The notes under the pieces: model-generated
The model's database searches: none
What the model was told of the DNA's origin: nothing
The model's input: the letters and a program-made list of their open reading frames with translations, nothing else
NCBI RefSeq assembly: GCF_965204145.1
Contig: NZ_OZ241977.1
Location: forward strand, 2,319,356 to 2,383,355
DNA: 64,000 nt
Reading direction: 5' to 3'
DNA from: Candidatus Poriferisocius sp.
GTDB taxonomy: Bacteria > Actinomycetota > Acidimicrobiia > Acidimicrobiales > Bin134
Made by a program: the position numbers and the translations under genes
Part shown: positions 39,726 through 47,958 of the stretch, piece by piece
How the letters are laid out: each line of letters begins with the position of its first letter
Numbering within the stretch: the stretch's first letter is position 1

Positions 39726-42700
39726 GTGGAGCCAGTTAGCCAAGACCGTTGGACAGGCATCAACCCGGCAAGGCTTGATGAAGAACTCCGTCCCAGCTTG
39801 AGGAACGTCGGGCTAGTGGGTGAACTCAACCTTTCCCTCGACGGAGACCTCTACGGCAAAGCCAGAAGCGCCAGTCGGCGACTGATCTCACACGAGAGTT
39901 GGCAAATAATGGCTGATTGTTCGGCCGCAACCGTCATATTCATGGTTGCTGAGGGCATACATCGGTATGACGGCGGCACCTTCTGGCCAAACATCTCGGT
40001 CGACGGCATCGACCGAAATAGAGTCGCAAGGGCGTTCTTCGAGTCCCTCAGTTCCCTGGGCTTAGAGACATTTCAGGCTGTCGTAGATGAAGAACGCGGA
40101 CTCCGAAATGTCACACCGATACTTCTTCACGGTGGCATTCCGGCCTACTGTGCCAAAGATGTCTGGCGGCAGCTGCTCGGTGCCATGCGAAGCGAGACAG
40201 GTGATGTCACCCACATGCTCTCGATCTGGCGGACCAGAGGATATCCCGGCCTGGACAAGCCAGTGGAACGGTTCCTCCGACACGGCGGAGCGTTTGCCGA
40301 GGATCTTCTGGCCCGAATGTGGCAGTGCGCCGAAGATGTTGCCGACATAGGCATTGAAGCCGCTCGCGAACTCGGCGGACAATTGCTTGCGCATGACGCC
40401 GGGCTACCCAACTACCTCGTTGAGAAACTCCTTGAGGAAAGGAGCATCGACATCCGGCGCGGCCCACGGCTGCCGAGACCACGAGTGCGCATTGACCCCT
40501 ATTCCAGCAGCGGACCCGAACTGGAGCTTCCGCCTGCCCCCGGCCACGATGGCTGTTGGATCCTGTCGGACACCCAAGGGCGTCCACGTCGCTTCAGCAT
40601 CTCGCGTCATGAGACGAGGGTCATACCCCTCAGCCGACCTACTACCTGGGACGTTTCATTTCAAGCAGAAGACACGGAGCGGATGTGGACTCTTGCGGGG
40701 ATGCCTGAAGCGCCGGCCTTCTTATTCTCAGATAACTGCGAGCTGGCAGGCAATCAGGCCAGCCTGCGTGGCACGTCGGTGTTGGTCCTCTGCCCCGCAA
40801 CCACACGGTTTCTGAGAGACACTGACGAAACCCCAATACCAGAACTGGAGGACCTGCCGCCCCTCACTGGAAACTGGTCAAAGTGGCATGTGCGTTCCCT
40901 AGATCTAACTGATCTGGATGCCCTCGTTGTCGTCTGGCCCGCTCAACCAGAGCTCGGACAGGAGGAGATCAGGCAGAGAGTGTCGGTCGCTTCTTCCGTG
41001 GCGCGACCTCACATTTGCTCCGAACCATTGCGCGGTGTGCTGGCCTCCGGCGGCCGCCCGGTCTTCTCCCAACCGCCCCTACTACATGTAGTCTTAGGCC
41101 GGACTGCTCCGGGGGCATGGCGTGTTCGCTTTCGCCCACTCAACGGCCAACCCAAAGCTGTGCCTCTTTCAGATCTCACGCAGCACAGCGACGGATTTGA
41201 CACCGCTCCTTTGTTCTCTGACCAGGTGGTGAGCACAGGAACGCTTGAAGTCGTAGGTCCGTTGGGTTCTGACCTTCGGGAGGAACTTGCCGTTGTTCCT
41301 GGACTGCACTTTGGGTCCCCCGACCGTGTGGTTGATCCCTTCGAGCATGTAGAAGTGGAAGTTGCGGCCAGTGTGGCTCTAGATTCCAGGGAACAATTGC
41401 GGGCCATCCTTACTTTTCCGCCGGGATGCGACTCGCAAGAATTGCTCGCCAATCCAACCGGTGGTGGTGTGGATCTACACCACTCGATTCCGCGGCTCCT
41501 TTGGATGGTACGCCGGAGTGACTCCACCCATGGTTCGTTCGGGCACGAGGCCGTTCGGATCAGCCTTGATGAACTAGAGATGGGCAAAATCGAAGCCATT
41601 GATGTCCGGGTCCGTAGGGAGGAGCCTCTCGTTCTCGAACTTTGGGCATCCGATGAGACGATTCAGACTGCCAAAGCAAATGCCAAGGGGCCAGAGGGCC
41701 GCTGGTCATTCCCTTTGGCAGAATTTTTGGATACGGCGCGCCATGCAAACGTCAATCGCCTCTACTTCAAACTACGGGCCGGTTCCGTGGTCGCGAATGC
41801 GGCGGTCATCGAAACCGCCTTCGAAGTCTCCAATCTCAGATGCGAGAGTGAGGTTGACTCCTCAGAAGACACCACCTTTTGCGCTTTGAACTGGACCGAG
41901 AATCGCAACTTCAGCAATCGTGAAATTCGGATGTGGTCACAACATCGACTGTGGGCACCCCCAATTTGTATTCCGATAGACGACTACGCAGCAGGGCAAT
42001 TCGACTTTTTGTGTCAGTCGAAACTTCCCGCTGGCCCGTATCTCCTAGAGTTAACAATCAGGGACACGTGGGGCCCTCTGCCGATTCGACCGACGCTTGA
42101 CGCCCCTCATGTCATAGAAGTGGACATCGGCGACGACATCAATCATGCCCAACATCTCAACCAGCTCAACCGTGCCGAGCCTCTGAACGTCTTAGAGTTG
42201 GCCGTTGCCGGTCAGATCCAATCCTTGAACAATTTGGAAACAGAAGAGATCTACAGCGAACTCAATATGACTCTAGATGTCCTCTACTCATCGGGGAACA
42301 ACACCGCTTCAATAAGAACACTCCGTGGACCATTACTCGCTCTTGAATTCAGCAACCCTAGTCGTCTCGCGGAACATTTGTCAGAGAGTTGGGGAGAATA
42401 TGACTCAGGATCAAACGAACACCTCTTTGCGTTATTGCCTGGAATTCTAAACCAGCCTCCTGGAGACGAAGATCGGCTCCATGGCATCCACAATAGACTG
42501 TGGAGAACTAATCCATTAGCTGCTGCGGCTTTCGACCGTCTCGTGTCCGGCGACATAGAGACAGCCCAACGCTGGGAACAACACACCGGATGGAACCCGT
42601 TTGGAAACACGGACAGCAATGAGCTATTCCCCGGAGGGCCAATTCCCCAACCTCTAGGCGACCGATCTCCAGAACACCTTACAGAACTGGAGCAAGCAAT

Positions 42701-43073
42701 ACCGATCTCTGGAAGCGGACGGCTGCTGTATCACGGGTTCTTGTCGGCGATCTTTGACTTTCTTGCGGGAACATGGCATAACCGCGACCTGATTACCGAA
42801 TGGCGTTCACCACTCGGATTAGTGCTGAATAACGATCACTGGATGACTGAAGGCCAGCGCGGTATATTGGCTTGCCTCCAGCCAGATTCCTCCTCACCTG
42901 CGTGGTACCGCTTTCCTCAAGACCTCCAAGCGGTCTCGTTCCATTTGTTGGATTTTCCAGCTAGTCATGAGCTAGCAGCTAGAACGTTAGCAGAAGCTAT
43001 GGAATTCGCTCCTCAGCTGACATTGCGCTGTCTAATCCTCGCAATAGCTCTCCATCACTCCGCAAATTTCTAG
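39726..43073 (+). CDS. Large hypothetical protein (1115 aa), partner of the helicase; possible DruH analogue
   Basis: Uninterrupted 3.3-kb ORF with a GTG start and a GGAG SD. I found no Walker, nuclease, methyltransferase or TM motif by eye. Ends 29 nt before the helicase gene. Confidence 0.7.
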   Translation: MEPVSQDRWTGINPARLDEELRPSLRNVGLVGELNLSLDGDLYGKARSASRRLISHESWQIMADCSAATVIFMVAEGIHRYDGGTFWPNISVDGIDRNRVARAFFESLSSLGLETFQAVVDEERGLRNVTPILLHGGIPAYCAKDVWRQLLGAMRSETGDVTHMLSIWRTRGYPGLDKPVERFLRHGGAFAEDLLARMWQCAEDVADIGIEAARELGGQLLAHDAGLPNYLVEKLLEERSIDIRRGPRLPRPRVRIDPYSSSGPELELPPAPGHDGCWILSDTQGRPRRFSISRHETRVIPLSRPTTWDVSFQAEDTERMWTLAGMPEAPAFLFSDNCELAGNQASLRGTSVLVLCPATTRFLRDTDETPIPELEDLPPLTGNWSKWHVRSLDLTDLDALVVVWPAQPELGQEEIRQRVSVASSVARPHICSEPLRGVLASGGRPVFSQPPLLHVVLGRTAPGAWRVRFRPLNGQPKAVPLSDLTQHSDGFDTAPLFSDQVVSTGTLEVVGPLGSDLREELAVVPGLHFGSPDRVVDPFEHVEVEVAASVALDSREQLRAILTFPPGCDSQELLANPTGGGVDLHHSIPRLLWMVRRSDSTHGSFGHEAVRISLDELEMGKIEAIDVRVRREEPLVLELWASDETIQTAKANAKGPEGRWSFPLAEFLDTARHANVNRLYFKLRAGSVVANAAVIETAFEVSNLRCESEVDSSEDTTFCALNWTENRNFSNREIRMWSQHRLWAPPICIPIDDYAAGQFDFLCQSKLPAGPYLLELTIRDTWGPLPIRPTLDAPHVIEVDIGDDINHAQHLNQLNRAEPLNVLELAVAGQIQSLNNLETEEIYSELNMTLDVLYSSGNNTASIRTLRGPLLALEFSNPSRLAEHLSESWGEYDSGSNEHLFALLPGILNQPPGDEDRLHGIHNRLWRTNPLAAAAFDRLVSGDIETAQRWEQHTGWNPFGNTDSNELFPGGPIPQPLGDRSPEHLTELEQAIPISGSGRLLYHGFLSAIFDFLAGTWHNRDLITEWRSPLGLVLNNDHWMTEGQRGILACLQPDSSSPAWYRFPQDLQAVSFHLLDFPASHELAARTLAEAMEFAPQLTLRCLILAIALHHSANF

Positions 43074-43102
43074 GCTATTCTATCAATCAAAGGAGCAACG
43101 CC

Positions 43103-46100
43103 TTGCAAGCTAAAGTGTCACTAAATCCTCTAGGGGCTTCAGATGCTATTCATAAGTCTTACAGACGCTACCTCCTGTCTAGACACGCGCCAAATAGTGC
43201 CAACCTCATGGATGATTTTCAAAAGGCACTTGATGGTTCTTTCCCTTTAACAAAGGGACCACTTCTGCAGGCCTCAGCACCGTTTGAACCAGGCGTTAGC
43301 ATAAGAGAACTCGTTGATTCCGGAACCCTGAATCATGAGTTTGTGAAACTTGGATCCGATGCATTTCCCATTGAACGACCTCTCCACCATCATCAAGAAG
43401 AGGCCATTAGAAAAATCATAGCTGGTCGCAACCTGGTTGTGGCAACTGGTACAGGGTCCGGAAAAACAGAATGCTACCTATTCCCAATTCTAGACCATCT
43501 GCTACAAGAACAAGCAGATGGAACGCTAAAGGAATCCGGTGTCAGGGCAATGCTTCTATATCCCATGAATGCTCTTGCTAACGATCAAATGAAACGTCTA
43601 AGAAGTATTCTAAGTTTTTTCCCTGACGTGACCTTTGGCCGTTTTGTTGGTGACACAAGAGAGCGCCATCAAGAAGCACTTGAAATCTATAAACAGCGTT
43701 TTGGAGCAGATCCACTATCAAACGAGTATATTTCGCGTGAGCAAATTCGGGAGACACCACCCCATATATTGCTGACCAACTACGCAATGCTTGAACGCTT
43801 ACTTCTGTATCCATCGGATACTTCTTTGTTTGATGGATCAACTGGAAGACATTGGAAGTTTGTCGTCCTAGACGAAGTGCATGTCTATAACGGTGCCCAA
43901 GCTGCGGAAATTGCGATGCTCTTGCGCCGGGTACGAGATCGAGTTCATCAAAGCGAGAAAGGCCGTATCCAATACATTGGCACATCGGCCACACTTGCTA
44001 GCAGTGATGATGACTTTCCTCGATTGGCAAAGTTTGCCGAGATTCTCTTTGATGAAACACTTGAATATGACAAGGCCGACTCTTCTCGCCAAGATATCGT
44101 GCTTGCTCGTCACCAGCCCTTAGTTCAAAAACCTGCCACTTGGAGTGCAGAAGCCGAAGACTTTTCTACTCTATTGGCTGCCCTAGATCAATCCTCTTCA
44201 CCTCAAGAAATGCAGCAACTTTTGAGCACCCGCGGTGCGCCAGTAGGTCAGGCCGACACTCCAACGCTGATGCTCCTTGGGGATATGCTGACATCCGAAC
44301 ACCATGTTGTCCTCTTACAGGATCTATTGGGAAGAGGGTCCATCGATCTTGATTCAGCTGCTAGACAAGTCTTTGGGCATGCTGCCGAGAGGAATCGCCA
44401 TCTTGTAGAACTTGTTGACATCTGTAGCCGTGTTCAATCGCCCTCTACAGATATGCCGCTTATTCCCGCCCGCTACCACTTTTTTGTGCGGGCACTTGAG
44501 GGCGCTTTCGTCTGCCAGTCACCTTCGCATCCAGAGGGGGAATCTCACCTCCTGCTAACCAGACACGAACAGTGTCCAGCCTGCAACGAAGAGGGGAGGC
44601 AATCGAAAATGTTCGAGTCAGGAGTATGTGTAAAGTGCGGCGCCACCTACATCCTCGGAATCACCGAAGAAGATGAAGAGGGCAATACTTATTTGCGCTG
44701 GCCCGGTCCCAATGACCTCGATCTCCGTTATCTCCTCGTCTCCGAAGGCAGCTTGGAGGCCGAGGATGATGAAGATGAGCAAGCGGTAGTGCAGGATCAA
44801 GACGTTGACGTGAACATTGACGTACGCAGGCTTTGCACAAGCTGCGGATCTCTCGCCGAAGGAACAACGTCATCCTGCAATTGCGGCCAGCATCTGGCCA
44901 TACCTGTCACCGCCGCCCATCCGACCCGACGTGGCGAACCTCTGCGCCGGTGCATCGCCTGCACAGGCCGCAGCCCTGCTCCCATCGTGCTCCGATTTGA
45001 GACAGGGCAAGATGCCCCTGTCTCCGTCATCGCCACAGCCCTGCACCAGGCCTTACCCCCCAGCCAAGATGACAAGTCAGCAACACTCATAGGCGAGGGG
45101 CGTAAGTTGCTTTCGTTTTCAGACTCCCGCCAAGACGCCGCGTTTTTCGCTCCCTACCTTGATCGTACCTACTCTCAGGCGATCCAGCGTCGACTTATCT
45201 GGATGACTGCCGAGCGACTCGCTGACCAAGAACCTCGATTTGATGATCTGGTGATCCCCATCCGCAAAGAGGCTGAGCGCCAGTTCGTCCTTGACGAGGA
45301 CGACGGTGCCATGCGCAATAGTAATCGGGTACGGACGTGGCTCATGCGGGAGATCTTGGCCGTGGACCGCCGCCAAAGCCTCGATGGTGTCGGCCTCGCC
45401 GAGATCTCCTTTGCCCTGCCAAGTGGTACCCAGGTTCCTGAACCACTTCTCAATCTCGGCTTCTCACAAGACGAGGCCCTCGATTTGGCCCGAGTCCTGA
45501 TTGAGACTTTGCGGCTACAGGCAGCTGTACACCTTCCAGAAGGAGTTGACATAGAGGATCCTGCCTTTGCGCCCCGAAATGTCGTGACAAACGTGCGTGG
45601 TGAACAATCAGGCCGACGCATACTTTCCTGGCTCCCTACTAGAGGGCTCAATCGTCGCCTGGACTACTTGAACAAACTACTGGCACGAAAGTCGGTTACC
45701 GCCGACTCCACAGAGTTGCTGAAGAACATATGGTTTGAGTGGCTGAGCGCCCCTGGTAGCCCCTGGTTGAAGGTCCTGAGACCAGAAGCCGACAGGCGCC
45801 ATGGTCAGCTATACGCTATTGATCCTGAACGGATCATCATCCGACCAGCCTCACAAGAACGACCCGCCTTTAGGTGCGACACATGTCGCCAAGTTTGGTG
45901 GCGATCGGTCGACGGCGTCTGTCCGTCGTATCAGTGCACAGGAACTCTAAAGCCTACTCAGCCCGCAACTACAGACCACTACCACCACCTTTACACCTCT
46001 CTTCGTCCCATCGGCATGCAGGTGGAGGAGCACACCGGGCAATTGAGTGCAGATTTCGCCGCGGAGCTCCAGCAGAAGTTCGTCGATGGCGAGGTCAATG

Positions 46101-47908
46101 TCTTGAGCTGTTCGACGACCTTCGAACTAGGGGTCGATGTAGGAGAGGTTCAGGGCATTCTCATGCGCAACGTGCCTCCTTCGCCAGCAAACTACATCCA
46201 GAGAGCTGGTCGGGCCGGGCGTCGCGCTGGCTCGCCAGCGTTGACCGTGGCCTTCGCCCAGCGGCGCAACCATGATCTGCATTATTTCCGCAATCCTGAA
46301 GATCTGGTCGACGGTCAGATGAGCGTTCCCATTATCTCGCTAGGCAACGACCGGATCATCCGCCGCCACATCCACGCTTTGGCCTTCTCTGCTTTCGAGC
46401 GCGCCCACGTCGATTCTGGCGGCGACTGGCACCGAACTGTTAACTCATTCTTCGCCGCTAAGGACTACACGGGCATAGCTCCGGTGGAGGCCTTCATCAA
46501 TTGGCTCCGGTCACGCCCAACTGACATTGGAGATGCCATTGGACGCATCACCCCATCAGCCCAAGTGGCATCCGAACTCGGAATTGCCGACTGGGAATGG
46601 GTCGATGCGCTGGTGGAGCCAAGCGACGAGCATCCCGATCATGGCTGGCTTCAACGAGCCAAGAGAGAGGTTGTGGACGATCTTGAGGGAATCGGACGAG
46701 AACTCGACGAGGTCGAACAACAGATCAGCGAATACCGATCGGAAGGACAGAGCCAAAAGGCTGAGAATCTATCCGGATATCAAAGGGCCCTACTTCGCAT
46801 GGAAAGGACGCTACGAGAGCGTCGCCTTATCGATTTCCTCGCCCAACGAGTTATCCTGCCGAAATACGGTTTCCCTGTCGATACCGTCTCACTTGATGTG
46901 TCGCGCGAGGGTAGCCCGCAAGCGGCAAAACTCGACCTCTCCCGCGATCTGCGCTTAGGCATCACAGACTACGCCCCTGGTTCACAGACCGTAGCCAACG
47001 GAGCCCTGTGGGAGACCGCCGGGCTGCGAATCCCACCAGGGGAAGCTCTTTTCAAACACAGATGGGCAACCTGCTCCAGTTGTGGAGCCTTCCGGACTCG
47101 CTGGTCGTCCGGAGGTGACGAACTAGATAATTGCGAAAACTGCCCAGTCCCCACACCTACCTCTGATGGTGGGATTTTTGTGATTCCCATGTTTGGCTTT
47201 ATTGGCCAACGCTGTGACGAAAAGCCAGGCGAGTCCCGCCCGCCTAAGGCTGGCTTCTCCCAATTCCACTTCGACAACTACATGTCTGAAGAACCTCCTC
47301 CTTTTCAATCCGTGAACGTCAACGACTGGCAGGTTCGGTTTCGCACCAGCCCCCAAGGACGAATCACAGCTATAAACCAAGGACCAGGTGGACGCGGGTT
47401 TCGGATCTGCTTTTCCTGTGGATATGCCGAGTCCGCTCCCATACGAGGTGCAAGGCCAGACCGCGAGCACCCACGTCCAAACTCCCAACGAAATTGCAAC
47501 GGTAACCTGACCCATGCATCGCTAGGCCACCAGTTCCTTACCGACGTAGTGGAAGTGCAGTTGTTGGTGCCAATGACACACCAACAGGCGCGCAGCACGC
47601 TTTATGCCCTGTTGGAAGGATGCCCAGCAATCGGAATATCCCGAAGCGATGTAAATGTCTCACTGCACCCTGGCCAAGATGGCCAATCCTCACTGGTACT
47701 GTTTGACGCCGTCCCAGGAGGGGCGGGCCACTCCAAACGAATTGCTGATCGACTGCCCGAACTTCTCCGTGCAGCTCGACGAGTCGTCGAGAACTGCGAG
47801 TGTGGTGAAGACTCCAGCTGCTACGGATGCCTACGCTCTTACGCCAATCAGCGTCACCACGATGAGCTAGTCCGCGGCGACGCGTTAGAAATCTTGTCCT
47901 TTTGTTGA
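43103..47908 (+). CDS. SF2 DExH-box helicase fused to a C-terminal DUF1998/MZB-type zinc-binding domain (DruE-like)
   Basis: TTG start with AGGAG 7 nt upstream. Motif I 'GTGSGKT' (nt 43448-43468), motif II 'DEVH' (43871-43882), 'SAT' (43985-43993), motif IV-like 'LLSFSDSRQDAAFFA' (45107-45151) and motif VI 'QRAGRAGR' (46199-46222). C-terminal Cys cluster 'CECGEDSSCYGCL' (47795-47833). Confidence 0.9.
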   Translation: MQAKVSLNPLGASDAIHKSYRRYLLSRHAPNSANLMDDFQKALDGSFPLTKGPLLQASAPFEPGVSIRELVDSGTLNHEFVKLGSDAFPIERPLHHHQEEAIRKIIAGRNLVVATGTGSGKTECYLFPILDHLLQEQADGTLKESGVRAMLLYPMNALANDQMKRLRSILSFFPDVTFGRFVGDTRERHQEALEIYKQRFGADPLSNEYISREQIRETPPHILLTNYAMLERLLLYPSDTSLFDGSTGRHWKFVVLDEVHVYNGAQAAEIAMLLRRVRDRVHQSEKGRIQYIGTSATLASSDDDFPRLAKFAEILFDETLEYDKADSSRQDIVLARHQPLVQKPATWSAEAEDFSTLLAALDQSSSPQEMQQLLSTRGAPVGQADTPTLMLLGDMLTSEHHVVLLQDLLGRGSIDLDSAARQVFGHAAERNRHLVELVDICSRVQSPSTDMPLIPARYHFFVRALEGAFVCQSPSHPEGESHLLLTRHEQCPACNEEGRQSKMFESGVCVKCGATYILGITEEDEEGNTYLRWPGPNDLDLRYLLVSEGSLEAEDDEDEQAVVQDQDVDVNIDVRRLCTSCGSLAEGTTSSCNCGQHLAIPVTAAHPTRRGEPLRRCIACTGRSPAPIVLRFETGQDAPVSVIATALHQALPPSQDDKSATLIGEGRKLLSFSDSRQDAAFFAPYLDRTYSQAIQRRLIWMTAERLADQEPRFDDLVIPIRKEAERQFVLDEDDGAMRNSNRVRTWLMREILAVDRRQSLDGVGLAEISFALPSGTQVPEPLLNLGFSQDEALDLARVLIETLRLQAAVHLPEGVDIEDPAFAPRNVVTNVRGEQSGRRILSWLPTRGLNRRLDYLNKLLARKSVTADSTELLKNIWFEWLSAPGSPWLKVLRPEADRRHGQLYAIDPERIIIRPASQERPAFRCDTCRQVWWRSVDGVCPSYQCTGTLKPTQPATTDHYHHLYTSLRPIGMQVEEHTGQLSADFAAELQQKFVDGEVNVLSCSTTFELGVDVGEVQGILMRNVPPSPANYIQRAGRAGRRAGSPALTVAFAQRRNHDLHYFRNPEDLVDGQMSVPIISLGNDRIIRRHIHALAFSAFERAHVDSGGDWHRTVNSFFAAKDYTGIAPVEAFINWLRSRPTDIGDAIGRITPSAQVASELGIADWEWVDALVEPSDEHPDHGWLQRAKREVVDDLEGIGRELDEVEQQISEYRSEGQSQKAENLSGYQRALLRMERTLRERRLIDFLAQRVILPKYGFPVDTVSLDVSREGSPQAAKLDLSRDLRLGITDYAPGSQTVANGALWETAGLRIPPGEALFKHRWATCSSCGAFRTRWSSGGDELDNCENCPVPTPTSDGGIFVIPMFGFIGQRCDEKPGESRPPKAGFSQFHFDNYMSEEPPPFQSVNVNDWQVRFRTSPQGRITAINQGPGGRGFRICFSCGYAESAPIRGARPDREHPRPNSQRNCNGNLTHASLGHQFLTDVVEVQLLVPMTHQQARSTLYALLEGCPAIGISRSDVNVSLHPGQDGQSSLVLFDAVPGGAGHSKRIADRLPELLRAARRVVENCECGEDSSCYGCLRSYANQRHHDELVRGDALEILSFC

Positions 47909-47958
47909 GACAACGGAATAGCTAGCAAGACGCTTTGTTCTGCAACTTGCTGGAGCGT

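Larger units (their letters stand above)
38270..47955. other. Lower-GC accessory island (defence-island-like), no mobility genes seen
   Basis: Hand counts on 60-nt lines give 45% (43081-43140), 47% (43141-43200) and 53% (44101-44160). The adjacent backbone gives 67% (48601-48660). The island holds 2 TA modules plus a giant 2-gene operon and is flanked by typical high-GC catabolic genes. Confidence 0.7.

Noticed and set aside
39434-39829. The full 131-aa ORF as the HicA gene.
   Set aside because: The first 57 aa are a Ser/Leu-rich extension that would overlap the start of the 1115-aa gene on the other strand. The HicA-like fold begins at the internal Met (39658), giving a typical 74-aa toxin.
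43103-47908. Assignment of the helicase to DISARM (DrmA), or to the MrfA/YprA repair helicase.
   Set aside because: DISARM needs a separate DUF1998 DrmB, a PLD DrmC and a methyltransferase, and none is in the island. MrfA-type proteins are about half this size and pair with a small exonuclease. Size, fusion architecture and the single large partner fit DruE-like systems better.
47924-47951. Hairpin agcaag-N16-cttgct between the helicase stop and the convergent amidohydrolase stop, considered as a bidirectional terminator.
   Set aside because: The stem is 6 bp with a 16-nt loop and no U-tract, which is too weak to call.
38263-47955. Possible att-like direct repeats flanking the island (CTGGAG at 38263-38268 and 47950-47955).
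   Set aside because: Only 6 bp are shared, which is well within chance expectation. No integrase or tRNA supports site-specific integration.
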